Shown here one piece after another: positions 16,801 through 25,208 of a DNA stretch of 64,000 nucleotides (its first letter is position 1; the number at the start of each line of letters is the position of its first letter). The translations under genes were made by a program, and so were the position numbers. Source of the stretch: an uncultured Fibrobacteraceae bacterium (lineage in GTDB: Bacteria; Krumholzibacteriota; Krumholzibacteriia; LZORAL124-64-63). The DNA lies in NCBI GenBank assembly GCA_964436825.1, contig CAYTEO010000003.1:64679-128678 (forward strand), written 5' to 3'. Below the pieces are notes generated by a model that was not told the DNA's origin, did not search any database, and worked only from the letters and a program-made list of their open reading frames with translations.

Positions 16801-18646
16801 CGTAGTACTGCTTGCTCCGCTCGACGGCCTCGCCCAGCGTCCCGACACGCTCGTAGTAGATGGCCTGGAAGAAGATGCGCTGGTACTTCGACGCGGTCGT
16901 GGGGAACGCCGCCCGCGAGAGGCCGATCGAGGCGACGGCCCCACCGGCGGGGTTGGTGACGAACCGCTCCAGGATGCAGTTGACGTCGATCGCCGCCGAG
17001 GCGCAGTTCAGGTTGTTCAGGATGAAGAGGTGGTCGTTGACCAGGGACGACGCGTCGGGAAGCTGGAGTGTCCCGTCGCCTACCGACATGTCGTAGAAGA
17101 ACCCGTGGCCGATGTGGTTGACCAGCCCGTAGTTCCCGCTGTTCATGGCAGCCATCACTCCGGACTTGGTCTCCTGGACGGAGCCGGGCCAGAGCTGGTA
17201 GGACTCGTAGTACCTGTCCGTCGTGACGGGCTGGCTCGCGAGGATGCTGGAGATGATCTCCTCGCTGTGCGCGGCGCCGTCGTCGGCGATCGTGTCGCCG
17301 GGGCTGTAGTCGCTGGGGAACAGCACCTCGCTCATGAACAGGATCCGACCCAGCCGATCGTTCACGTCGTCCTGCTCGTAGGCCTGGACCTTCCCGGTGA
17401 AGACGTCGACCTCGGCCGGCGTGCGCACCGGGGCCCGCCCCACCAGCAGCTCCGCCTCCAGGTCGGCGCCGTCACCCTGGTCCCAGCTGCTGATGTAGGG
17501 CTCGCCGGGGACGGCGTCGTGGTCCGCGTTCCAGTCGCCGTCCAGGCCGGCGTAGTAGCAATCGGCGGGAATCTCGGTCCCCACGCCGGTGGGATAGAAG
17601 GAGCTGAAGAGCATCCGCGTGGGAACCACGTCCACGTCGCCGCCCAGCAGGACGAACTCGGTGCCCCAGAGGTTGTAGGCGTCGGTCAGGAACTCCCGGA
17701 TGGTGGCCGGCAGGTCCTCGCCCATGGGATAGTGGTCGCGGATCCAGGAGATCGTCCGCACGACGGTGGGCACCCCGCGCGCCGTCTTGTGGTCGGCCAG
17801 CTGCTGGAAGGCCTCGGCCAGCTCGTCGGTGGTGACGATGACCATGCTCACCGGCGTCCCCTCCAGCGAGGGGGACGACGTCGGTGCGAAGGCGTCACCC
17901 GCCCAGCTCGTCAGTTCCGGCACCAGGTAGGCATCCAGGGCCTCGGGATTGACGATCCTGCCGTCGGCGAGCAGCTCGCGGGCCGGATCGCGGCGCCGGC
18001 GCCGGGGACGGGGGTGCGTGTCCGGGTCGTCCGCCAGCAGCACGGTGACACGGAACCGTTCGGCCAGGACCAGCTCGCCGCCGTCGTCGTCGCCTTCCCA
18101 GCGCGCCGGCAGCAGGCGCACGTGCGCCAGGGCGATCCCGTGGCGCCAGCCCGTCCCCAGCAGGCGTCCCCACGTACTGGTGTCGGGGGGCACGGCGACC
18201 ACGCCCCCGTCGCCGGCGACCAGGGGCGCGATCCGGTGAGGTGGCGGCAGATCAGCCAGGCGACGGGGAGAAACCGGTTCGATCGACACGCCGCTGGCGA
18301 TGGTGCCCGGGGGCAGGACGATGGTGACGTCGTGGGCGGGCAGATCCCAGCCGCCGACACCCTCGCGCGCGACGGCGCCGGGGAAGACGATCCGGGTCCG
18401 GCCGGCGGGGTCCTGTTCGATCCGCGCCGGGCCCGGCAGGGAGACGTCGTAGCCGAGCCGACGGCCGGTGGCCCCCAGGGACTCCCCGGCCGCCAGGAGC
18501 AACAGGACGATCAGGATAGCGACGCGACCGACCCTGGAAGGACAGGGGCGGGACTGCCACGCCGGCTGGAAGCGGTCACGCGTTGTCGTTTTCAATGTCA
18601 CGGGCCTTGTCGACCGGCCTGCTGGCCGGGGCGAGGTGTCCTCCAA
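13805..18646 (-). CDS. Secreted C25 (gingipain-like) cysteine peptidase with the same multidomain architecture (paralog 2, ~1600 aa; start codon uncertain)
   Basis: FVLLGGD, PADCYYAGLDG, VGRAP; His in HIGHG and Cys in NLNCASAAID; ELIGDP; FN3 (VTW.P...RGYYVYRS); FG-GAP repeats; tail LGNHPNPFNP...IYDLGGRLVR...W.GDDARGRSLASGVYLYRL. Confidence 0.9.
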   Translation of the reverse strand: MEDTSPRPAGRSTRPVTLKTTTRDRFQPAWQSRPCPSRVGRVAILIVLLLLAAGESLGATGRRLGYDVSLPGPARIEQDPAGRTRIVFPGAVAREGVGGWDLPAHDVTIVLPPGTIASGVSIEPVSPRRLADLPPPHRIAPLVAGDGGVVAVPPDTSTWGRLLGTGWRHGIALAHVRLLPARWEGDDDGGELVLAERFRVTVLLADDPDTHPRPRRRRRDPARELLADGRIVNPEALDAYLVPELTSWAGDAFAPTSSPSLEGTPVSMVIVTTDELAEAFQQLADHKTARGVPTVVRTISWIRDHYPMGEDLPATIREFLTDAYNLWGTEFVLLGGDVDVVPTRMLFSSFYPTGVGTEIPADCYYAGLDGDWNADHDAVPGEPYISSWDQGDGADLEAELLVGRAPVRTPAEVDVFTGKVQAYEQDDVNDRLGRILFMSEVLFPSDYSPGDTIADDGAAHSEEIISSILASQPVTTDRYYESYQLWPGSVQETKSGVMAAMNSGNYGLVNHIGHGFFYDMSVGDGTLQLPDASSLVNDHLFILNNLNCASAAIDVNCILERFVTNPAGGAVASIGLSRAAFPTTASKYQRIFFQAIYYERVGTLGEAVERSKQYYVANTASNTVERWTHLTMELIGDPSLQVWSRAPAPLVVSLPDTLAPGAVDLPVAVTGEDGLPVTGATVCASQPDGAYAYGLTDATGQAVLPLTLLSDAPVTVTVTAPDAVPVVRTLPVSSAPPILQAVLLGIRDDGTGSTVGNGDGRADSGETVALDVALVNVGGAAMSSPLSVTIASPDGVQILSTYAWVPALAKGDSVSLLSSGILVSLPSSWPDRTDLHLELDGDSGEIAYHQSLVVPVTAPRIVADQMTWNDYPYGDGDGVPEANEPIRVSFSVRNEGWGATTPLTGKLQSSLGVTIFAGDASWQAVPSLGTAEMEGEFLVSFAAIDPIFEAVLEITDEVGHSWTHRFHLIRPDQVTLGEFSAPAPGEAMVTWVPLQDDELRGYYVYRSLLPNGPWDQLTLRPITSAFYHDVGLAPMTRYFYSICAVDSSGMLGRRSSTYFVDTLPGEIAGFPQAMGAETSSHIAVGDIDGDGAPEVVTAADAIYVWRGDGTELRDGDNDTLTVGPLAGSGKSWSPTGVSLGDLTADPGLEIVACCRTDKSVYVFQHDGTVAPGWPRQMSNWSWTAPTVGDVDGDGSPEVVVTNVNGITYAWHADGTELLDGDDDPSTSGVFHVTPGEWYSFASPALVDLDGDRIREIVFPTRITSWTSQWLYGFRADGSQPAGWPIDLGYGGQVLCSPAVGDVNQDGQPEIVFITEDDLLYVVDTAGKEVPPFPIHFTANDKEYGISCPSPALADVDGDGDLDIVAVSTISEMESELHVIDRTGVELAGWPQSLEGNSEASPIVGDVTGDGMVDIIFPVGGGDDAVPNLIYGFQGDGQVVKGFPLSLAGPGRSTPALADLDGDGDIELAYAGWGLAVHVWDLPGMAGAELLPWPTFQGTAQRTGSLQDPTITGSDGTVPPGRPVLLGNHPNPFNPATTIEFALPASFRGRVQLSIYDLGGRLVRTLVDGQLAGGRHTVGWRGDDARGRSLASGVYLYRLVTPVGEDSGRMVLVR

Positions 18647-18705
18647 GCCCCCCTGTGGCTGTTACCAGCTCCGGGCAGTCTCCCTCCACCCGACTGGAGA
18701 CCATG

Positions 18706-18734
18706 ATCCTAACATACGGTCAACTCGACGTCAA
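18706..18734 (-). promoter_or_regulatory. sigma70-type promoter for C25 paralog 2
   Basis: Minus strand TTGACG-N17-TAGGAT with a TGn extension. The -35 contains the stop codon of the upstream gene. Confidence 0.6.
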
Positions 18735-20035
18735 TGACGCTCGGACCGTGTCCCCGGGGAAGAGACGGCCCGCCCGTCGCACAGGCCTGGTACGAAGACG
18801 ACCATCGCCGGTCCCTCCCCGTCCTGCATGACGACAGGCCGCAGGCCGTGGGCCAGGTTGCGGACGAGCCACTCCCGGCCGCGGCGCCGCGCCGAGGCGC
18901 CTCCGCGCGCCAGGCGGGCCACCTCGGCGTCCGTCAGGAACAGCGGCGCACGCTTCCGGTCTCCGACCAGGGAGTCGAGTACCGCTCCCAGGGCCCACCT
19001 GCCGGTCGCCTGGGCCTGCGCGTCCGTGTTGACCAGGTTGAAGCGGTGGCACTCCACGACGGCGGGCTCGCCCCGTTCCCACGCCCGTCGCACCGCCGCC
19101 ACGCAGGCCGCGACGGTCCCGGCCGGATCGGCCTCCTGGACCGGTTCCAGGCGGGCGTTGCGTTCCAGGTAGACGAGCCGCCGCTCGGAGAGGCGACGCC
19201 AGCACCGTTCCAGCAGCTTGCGCCCCCGGGCAACGGGGCCTCCCCCCCAGGCCGGCCGCCGCTGTTCCCGCTTGGCCTGGACGGCCTCCAGGCCGGCGTC
19301 GCGCCAGAGCACCTCGTGTCGGCGGTCCCAGACGTAGTCGGGGGCGATGACCGCGGCCGGCGGCCTGTCGAACAGGCGCGCGAAGACCGCCAGCGCCAGG
19401 GCCAGTTCGCCGGCGACCACCTCCGGAGGGCGATCCGGCCCCAGTTCCCAGGCCCGGTTGATCCCCGGGAAGGGCAGCACGCCGCGGCGCGCCAGGGCTG
19501 CCGCGGTCGCATCCGCCGCCAGGGCGGAGCGTCGCGCCTGCGGGTCGTAGTGCCAGAGGCCGTGCAGCTCGGGGCGCCAGACGCCGGCACGGCGGGCGTC
19601 GGCGACGGCGCGCCAGAGCCCGTCCCGGCGGTAGGCGGGCGGCAGGTCCGGCAGCAGGTAGCGCCGCCAGCCGCCGTCCTCCGCCAGCGCCCAGGCCCCC
19701 AGGATGTAGTTGGGCTGCAGGACGGCCGGCTGGTCGTCGCGACCGCGACGCGCCGCGAGCAGGGCGGCGACGTCCGCCACGTCGGCGCTGTCCTCCAGGG
19801 TCGAGGTCCAGTAGCCGGGGGGGATCCGGCCCGCGTCCAGCTGGCGTCGCTGCGACGGTGTCAGGGCCGTGGCGCGGGGGACGAAACCGCACAGCCCCCA
19901 GTCGTCGCTCTCGATGACGACGACCCTGGCCCGCCGCCAGTCGACCAGGGAGGGATTGCCGATCCCCACGAACCCCGCGCCGGCGACGATCGACACCAGC
20001 AGGAGCGATACCGTCAACAGCGGATGCCGCTTCAA
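18731..20035 (-). CDS. Membrane-anchored putative polysaccharide deacetylase/esterase-like protein (ESDDWG motif)
   Basis: C-terminal 434 aa of track ORF 18731..20626. TTG start (SD GGAGG) overlaps the methyltransferase stop. N-terminal TM segment, VVVIESDDWG, PNYILG, PELHGLWHY, IAPDYVW, VECHRFN. Confidence 0.65.
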   Translation of the reverse strand: MKRHPLLTVSLLLVSIVAGAGFVGIGNPSLVDWRRARVVVIESDDWGLCGFVPRATALTPSQRRQLDAGRIPPGYWTSTLEDSADVADVAALLAARRGRDDQPAVLQPNYILGAWALAEDGGWRRYLLPDLPPAYRRDGLWRAVADARRAGVWRPELHGLWHYDPQARRSALAADATAAALARRGVLPFPGINRAWELGPDRPPEVVAGELALALAVFARLFDRPPAAVIAPDYVWDRRHEVLWRDAGLEAVQAKREQRRPAWGGGPVARGRKLLERCWRRLSERRLVYLERNARLEPVQEADPAGTVAACVAAVRRAWERGEPAVVECHRFNLVNTDAQAQATGRWALGAVLDSLVGDRKRAPLFLTDAEVARLARGGASARRRGREWLVRNLAHGLRPVVMQDGEGPAMVVFVPGLCDGRAVSSPGTRSERH

Positions 20036-20697
20036 GACCCACCTCCCCCCGGTGCCACGACCCGGCACCACCAGTAGGAACCGTAGTCCAGGCCGTCGGC
20101 GGCGATCCGTCGCGCCAGCCGGGCGGCCAGCCCGGTCGGTGCCGTTCCCGGGGGAACGAGCCAGGCGAGGATCGCCCCCGGCGACGGCGGCCGCTGCCGG
20201 TTGCGCACGAGCCCGCCCCGCCACTCGATCCCGCAGAGCTGCTCCGCCAGGTAGCGCCGCGCCTCGCGCCAGGGCCACAGCGGTTCGCGGCCGGGGACGA
20301 ATTCGGCCAGCAGCGCCTGCAGGTCGCGATAGTGGCGCTGGGCCGGGGTGTCCGCGGAAGGCTCGTCCTCCAGCAGGTAGAGGTAGCCCCCCGGCACCAG
20401 GCACCGGAGCCACTCCCGCAGCGGCGCGGGCCGGCGTCCCCGCCCGGTGATGGCACGCAGCAGGTTGCCGGCCACCAGCAGCCGGCAGCTCCCGGGCCGC
20501 AGGGGCAGACACCCCGCGTCGGCCACGATGTCGGCGGCCGTCCCCAGCCGCGGTCCGCGGCGGTCCAGGCCCAGGGCCCGCCCGTTCAGGCGACGGAGCC
20601 GCTCCAGGAGACGTCCCTCGCCGCAACCGAGATCGACGACGGCACCGTCCCCTTGCAGGTCAGTCGCGAGCCCGGGGGGCAGGGGTGAGAACGACAT
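20032..20697 (-). CDS. Class I SAM-dependent methyltransferase
   Basis: VVDLGCGEG motif I, LGLD, VADAGCLPL, LVPGGYLYLLE. Start at MSFSPL (ATG 20697). Confidence 0.8.
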   Translation of the reverse strand: MSFSPLPPGLATDLQGDGAVVDLGCGEGRLLERLRRLNGRALGLDRRGPRLGTAADIVADAGCLPLRPGSCRLLVAGNLLRAITGRGRRPAPLREWLRCLVPGGYLYLLEDEPSADTPAQRHYRDLQALLAEFVPGREPLWPWREARRYLAEQLCGIEWRGGLVRNRQRPPSPGAILAWLVPPGTAPTGLAARLARRIAADGLDYGSYWWCRVVAPGGGGS

Positions 20698-21955
20698 CGG
20701 GCGCCTCCGCGGTGGGTTCCGCCTGGCCGTCCGACTCCGTCCGATCCGGCAGGACGGCCGTTCCGCCGCCGGCGGAGACCGCCATGACGCGCCGCATCCT
20801 CTCCCGCTCGTCCTGGAGGTTGATGATCTCGGCCACTTCCCCCTGCCGCAACGGCACGTAGGGATCGGGCCGGTCGTGGAAACCGAGGACGAACTGGAGT
20901 TCGCTGAAGAAGTCCTGGTCGAGGTCCACACCGGCGCGGTGGCGGCGCATGCTCCAGATGATGACCGGCCAGAGCCAGAAGGCCATCGCCGGCAGGCCGA
21001 GCCAGGGCTGATGGAGATGGTCGGAGAGGGCGAACAGGAGCGATCCGCCCGTCAGCAGCAGGAGCATGTAGACGGTGGTGGCCGGCTGGAAGCCGAGGCG
21101 GACCAGTCGATGGTGGAGGTGGAAGTCGTCCGCCTCGAAGATGGAGGTCCGGTTGCGGAAGCGGCGCAGGATCGTCGTGCCGGTGTCCCAGATGGGAACG
21201 ATCATCGGGGCCAGCAGCACGGTGACGTCGACCCTGGTGCGCTGCTGCAGGTGCAGGGCCAGGCCGCCGAGGATCAGGCCCAGCCACATGCTCCCCGAAT
21301 CCCCCAGGAAGATCTTGCGACCGCTGACGTTCCAGTACAGGAAGGCGAAGGTCGCCCCGCCGAGGGTCACCCCGAACAGCAGGGAGAACAGGTCGCCCGC
21401 CGCCGCGGCCAGGGCGACGTAGGCGATGCAGGTCAACACACCGATCCCGCTGGCCAGCCCGTCCAGCCCGTCGATGAGGTTCATGGCGTTGATGAACCCC
21501 AGGAACCAGAACAGGGTCACCGGCCACGACCAGCCGCCCAGATCGACCTGGCCGACGATGGGCAGGACGACCTCCTGGAGCCGCTGTCCCGAGATCATCA
21601 GTCCCAGGATGACCAGCAGCTGCCCGTAGAGCTTCTTCTCCGCGTGGATGTGGAACCGGTCGTCGCCGACGCCGAGGGCCAGGATGGCCAGGCCGGCGCC
21701 CCCCAGCGTGGCCAGCCACCGCCAGGGCAACGGATCGCTCAGGACCAGGTCGTCCAGGATGTAGAGGGTCATGAAGAAGGAGATGAAGATGGCCATTCCG
21801 CCCGTGCGGGGCACGGGCTCGGTATGGCTGCGACGATAGCCGGGATGATCGACGATACCGGTCAGGAATCCCAGGCTGCGGAACGGCGGCTGGATGAGCC
21901 ATGACAGCAGGAATGCCACCACCGTCCCGAGCAGAACGATGCCTTCCGTCCTCAA
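20660..21955 (-). CDS. wecA: MraY/WecA-family polyprenyl-phosphate HexNAc-1-phosphate transferase
   Basis: PVPRTGGMAI, GVGDD, NAMNLIDGLDGLASG, KIFLGDSGS, DDFHLHHRL; multiple TM helices. Confidence 0.9.
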   Translation of the reverse strand: MRTEGIVLLGTVVAFLLSWLIQPPFRSLGFLTGIVDHPGYRRSHTEPVPRTGGMAIFISFFMTLYILDDLVLSDPLPWRWLATLGGAGLAILALGVGDDRFHIHAEKKLYGQLLVILGLMISGQRLQEVVLPIVGQVDLGGWSWPVTLFWFLGFINAMNLIDGLDGLASGIGVLTCIAYVALAAAAGDLFSLLFGVTLGGATFAFLYWNVSGRKIFLGDSGSMWLGLILGGLALHLQQRTRVDVTVLLAPMIVPIWDTGTTILRRFRNRTSIFEADDFHLHHRLVRLGFQPATTVYMLLLLTGGSLLFALSDHLHQPWLGLPAMAFWLWPVIIWSMRRHRAGVDLDQDFFSELQFVLGFHDRPDPYVPLRQGEVAEIINLQDERERMRRVMAVSAGGGTAVLPDRTESDGQAEPTAEAPDVVLTPAPRARD

Positions 21956-22009
21956 GTCACTCCCCTTGCTGGAATCGCACCGCCGCTCCGTCGGCGGTCA
22001 TCGCCATCG

Positions 22010-22038
22010 ACCCTAGGTCATCCCCCGGGGCCTGACAA
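22010..22038 (-). promoter_or_regulatory. sigma70-type promoter for wecA operon
   Basis: Minus strand TTGTCA-N17-TAGGGT. Confidence 0.55.
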
Positions 22039-22068
22039 CGGAAAAAGCGACACCGCAAGATAACCGCA

Positions 22069-23202
22069 TCACACCGGACCGTCCAGCGCTTCCCGGTAGG
22101 CGGCGAGGGTCGCCCTCGCCGTCTCCTCCCAGCTCCAGGCGGCCGCCCGCCGCCGCCCCGCCGCCGCCAACCTCGGCGCCAGGCCCGGATCCCGCCAGAA
22201 CCGCAGCATGGCATCGCGGATCAGCTCCACCCGCAGCGGGTCGACCAGCAGGGCGGCGTCGCCGGCCACCTCCGGCATGGCATGGCGGTTCCCCGTCAAC
22301 ACCGGGAGGTTCACGGCCATCGCCTCCAGGATGGGGAAGCCGAAACCCTCGTGGAGGGAGGGGAACAGCAGCAGACCGGCCCGGTTGTAGAGGTCCCACA
22401 GCATCCCCCGATCGGCGTGACCGTGGAGTTCCAGGATCCCCGCGGCGGCCAGCCGTTCCAGGCGTCGTCTCAGGGAGCGGTTGCGCCAGCCCGGGGCGCC
22501 GACGACGATCAGTCCCGGCAGCTCCCCCTCGCCGGCCGCCAGCTCCCGGAAACCCAGGTAGGCGTCCAGCAGCCGATCGACGTTCTTGCGGGGTTCCAGC
22601 ATGCCGACGAACAGCCAGGGTGCGCCCCGCGGCCTGACCGGTGCCGGCGGCGAGGCCAGGATCCAGCTGGGGGTCCCGAAGCGCGTCAGGCGGATCCGGG
22701 GTGCCAGGGACGGGAAGTGGGTGGCCACCTCCTGCCGGGTCGCCTGCGAGTTGACCAGGATCAGCCGGGAGCGGGCCAGGGAGGGACCGACGGTCGCGGC
22801 GTACCAGAGTCGCCGGCGCAGGGGGACGGTCCAGGGCAGGACGCGGTAGACCAGGTCGTGGACCGTCGTCAACCAGGGGACGGAGAGCCGCAGGGGCCCC
22901 GGCATGGTGACCGTGTGGACCAGGTCGGCGCCGCAGCGCCGGACCAGCCGGTCCAGGCCGGCGGTCAGCCACCACCAGCGGCCGGGCAGATGACGACCGC
23001 CGTTCGGGACCTCGATCAGCTCCCAGCGGGGATCGGTGGCCAGGTCCGCCAGGGCTTGGGGATACCGCACGGCGACGCGGAAGCGGAAGTCCTCCTCGTC
23101 GCGTGCGGCCAGGGAGCGCAGCAGCTCGACCGCCGCCCAGCCGATCCCGGTGGGCCGGTCGGAGACGACGGTGGCGTCGATCAGGATCGTGGCCCGTCTC
23201 AT
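22069..23202 (-). CDS. Glycosyltransferase family 4
   Basis: TVHDL, FVGMLEPRKN, FPSLHEGFGFPILEAMA. ATG 23202 overlaps the upstream stop. Confidence 0.93.
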   Translation of the reverse strand: MRRATILIDATVVSDRPTGIGWAAVELLRSLAARDEEDFRFRVAVRYPQALADLATDPRWELIEVPNGGRHLPGRWWWLTAGLDRLVRRCGADLVHTVTMPGPLRLSVPWLTTVHDLVYRVLPWTVPLRRRLWYAATVGPSLARSRLILVNSQATRQEVATHFPSLAPRIRLTRFGTPSWILASPPAPVRPRGAPWLFVGMLEPRKNVDRLLDAYLGFRELAAGEGELPGLIVVGAPGWRNRSLRRRLERLAAAGILELHGHADRGMLWDLYNRAGLLLFPSLHEGFGFPILEAMAVNLPVLTGNRHAMPEVAGDAALLVDPLRVELIRDAMLRFWRDPGLAPRLAAAGRRRAAAWSWEETARATLAAYREALDGPV

Positions 23203-24626
23203 GGAGTCCCCTCCCCCCGCGGTGCCGACGCCGCGTCGCGCCAGGCGGCGATCAGCAGGCCGAGCGCCACCCAGATGTGGGGCAGATTGACCTGGGAGAA
23301 GGTCAGCAGCTGGGCCCAGACGCCGCAGACGGCCGCGGTCGCGGCCACCAGCCTGCGCCGCGTGACGGGCGGGAGTCCCGCTCCCGTGAGCCGGTCGGCC
23401 GCCTGCCAGACGCGCCGCGCCGTCGCGGCGACGGCGGCGGCGAAGCCCCCCGCTCCCAGCAGTCCGGTCTCCGCCAGGATCCGCAGGGGATAATCGTTGA
23501 CGACGGGCCAGGTGAACTGGCTCTGCAGACCCCGCAGGTCGACGAACCACGGGAACTGGTAGCCGAACTGGCCCCAGCCCACGCCCCAGACGGGACAGTG
23601 ACGGAACATCCGCCAGGCCGCCTGGTGCGAATAGAGGCGGGTCAGGTTCGACCAGTCCTCGCGGCTGAGCGACTGCAGCAGGCGTCGCCAGGGCAGCAGG
23701 AGCCAGTCGCCGTGCCCTCCGGCGACGACTGCGACCGCCCCCCCGGCGACCAGGATCGCGGCGGCCGGCACCAGCCGGCGTCCGCCGGTCGTGGGGCGCA
23801 GGCCGGCGCGCCGGGCCAGGACGACACCCGCGACGAGCAGCGGGAGCGCCGCCAGCCACGCCCCCCGCGACCAGGTGCCCAGCAGCAGGACGGCGGCCCC
23901 GACCGGCGCCCACAGGCGGCGCCGGTCGCCGGCCGCCGCTGCCACACTCCAGGGCAGCAGCAGCAGGAGGTAGTTGCCCAGGTAGAGGGGCTCGCAGGCC
24001 GTGCCGCGCAGCCGGGGGATCCCGCTGAAGTGCCGGCCCAGGTACAGTTCCTCGGAACCGCAGAGGATGCCGGGGTTGGAGGTGAAGATCCGCTCCAGGA
24101 ACGTCCAGCCGGGGAAGGGATGGCGGAAGGCCACCAGCTGGCAGGCCGCGTAGAGGAGCTGGAAGGCCAGCCCGGCCAGCAGGGCCCGCTCGACCAGACG
24201 CCACCGTCTCTCCCCCCGCAGCCACCAGACCAGCAGCAGCGGGTAGGCCGCCAGCAGGAGCCACTGCAGGACCTGGCGGCCGAAACGGGCCCACTGGGCG
24301 GCGGGGACAGCGGGTGCCGGGCAGCGGACCAGCCCCAGGCCCGACACGAGGATGGCGACCAGGGCCAGCACCCACCACCGGCGCCACCAGCCCGGCTGGG
24401 CGGCCAGCACCCCGGCGATCCCTCCCCGCCGCGACGCCGCCACCGCCAGCAGGGCGATCCCCAGGTAGGCGGGCTGGATCCCCGTTCCCACGTCGATCCC
24501 GGCCAGCAGGTGGACGACGCCGCAGCCGACCCAGGGCAGGGTCACCAGCGTCGCCGCCACGGCCAGCGCCGCCAGCCGCTCCGCCGGCGCCTGCGGCAGG
24601 GGTCGCTGCGGGGAACCGCCGTTCAT
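23199..24626 (-). CDS. O-antigen ligase/Wzy_C-family membrane protein
   Basis: RLRGTACEPLYLG, TWSRGAWL, R..SHQAAWRMF...P.WGVGWGQF, NDYPLRILAETGLLG. ATG 24626 overlaps the upstream stop. Confidence 0.85.
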   Translation of the reverse strand: MNGGSPQRPLPQAPAERLAALAVAATLVTLPWVGCGVVHLLAGIDVGTGIQPAYLGIALLAVAASRRGGIAGVLAAQPGWWRRWWVLALVAILVSGLGLVRCPAPAVPAAQWARFGRQVLQWLLLAAYPLLLVWWLRGERRWRLVERALLAGLAFQLLYAACQLVAFRHPFPGWTFLERIFTSNPGILCGSEELYLGRHFSGIPRLRGTACEPLYLGNYLLLLLPWSVAAAAGDRRRLWAPVGAAVLLLGTWSRGAWLAALPLLVAGVVLARRAGLRPTTGGRRLVPAAAILVAGGAVAVVAGGHGDWLLLPWRRLLQSLSREDWSNLTRLYSHQAAWRMFRHCPVWGVGWGQFGYQFPWFVDLRGLQSQFTWPVVNDYPLRILAETGLLGAGGFAAAVAATARRVWQAADRLTGAGLPPVTRRRLVAATAAVCGVWAQLLTFSQVNLPHIWVALGLLIAAWRDAASAPRGEGTP

Positions 24627-25159
24627 CTGGACGACCGCAGGCGCGAGCGGCTGCGCAGGACCAGGGCGAAGGTCAGCAGGGCGATGCCGGCCAGCAGGAG
24701 CAGCTGGGCCGCCTGGGGCGGCGACGCGTCGGGCGGCTCGACGACCAGGGAATCGGTCCCGATGGTCAGCCTGCCCCTCTCGACCAGCGCCACGAAGCCG
24801 GCGTCGGACAGCACCAGGGTCCCGTCGACGGGATAGGTCCCGGGGCTGAACAGCAGCCTCCGGCCCCGGCTGACACCACAGAGGCCGGGATCGTAGCCGA
24901 CCACCAGCAGGGATTCCCCCGCGACCGTCACGGTGCGGGCGGTGTCGGTGACGACCAGCCCGCCGCCGGGCCAGGTCCAGGCGCGCCTGCCGCCGGGCAG
25001 GTCCTGCCGGGGGCCGATGGGCATGCGGACGACGAACCGCCCGCCTCGACGGGCGACCGGGCCGTCGACAGCCGCCGCAACGGTCGCCTGCAGGAGGATG
25101 GCCAGGACCGGGGCGAGCAGGCCGATGCACCGTACTGCTGGACGTGCGTAACTGGACAT
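24623..25159 (-). CDS. Hypothetical exported protein with C-terminal TM helix and basic tail
   Basis: Signal peptide (LLQATVAAA), beta-rich core, ends EPPDASPPQAAQLLLLAGIALLTFALVLRSRSRLRSSR. Confidence 0.65.
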   Translation of the reverse strand: MSSYARPAVRCIGLLAPVLAILLQATVAAAVDGPVARRGGRFVVRMPIGPRQDLPGGRRAWTWPGGGLVVTDTARTVTVAGESLLVVGYDPGLCGVSRGRRLLFSPGTYPVDGTLVLSDAGFVALVERGRLTIGTDSLVVEPPDASPPQAAQLLLLAGIALLTFALVLRSRSRLRSSR

Positions 25160-25165
25160 GGCGGC

Positions 25166-25194
25166 ATGGTAGCCGCCATGCCCGGTGGGGACAA
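25166..25194 (-). promoter_or_regulatory. sigma70-type promoter giving a probably leaderless transcript
   Basis: Minus strand TTGTCC-N17-TACCAT, ending 6 nt before ATG 25159; no SD. Confidence 0.55.
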
Positions 25195-25208
25195 GACTCG
25201 ATCCTCGC

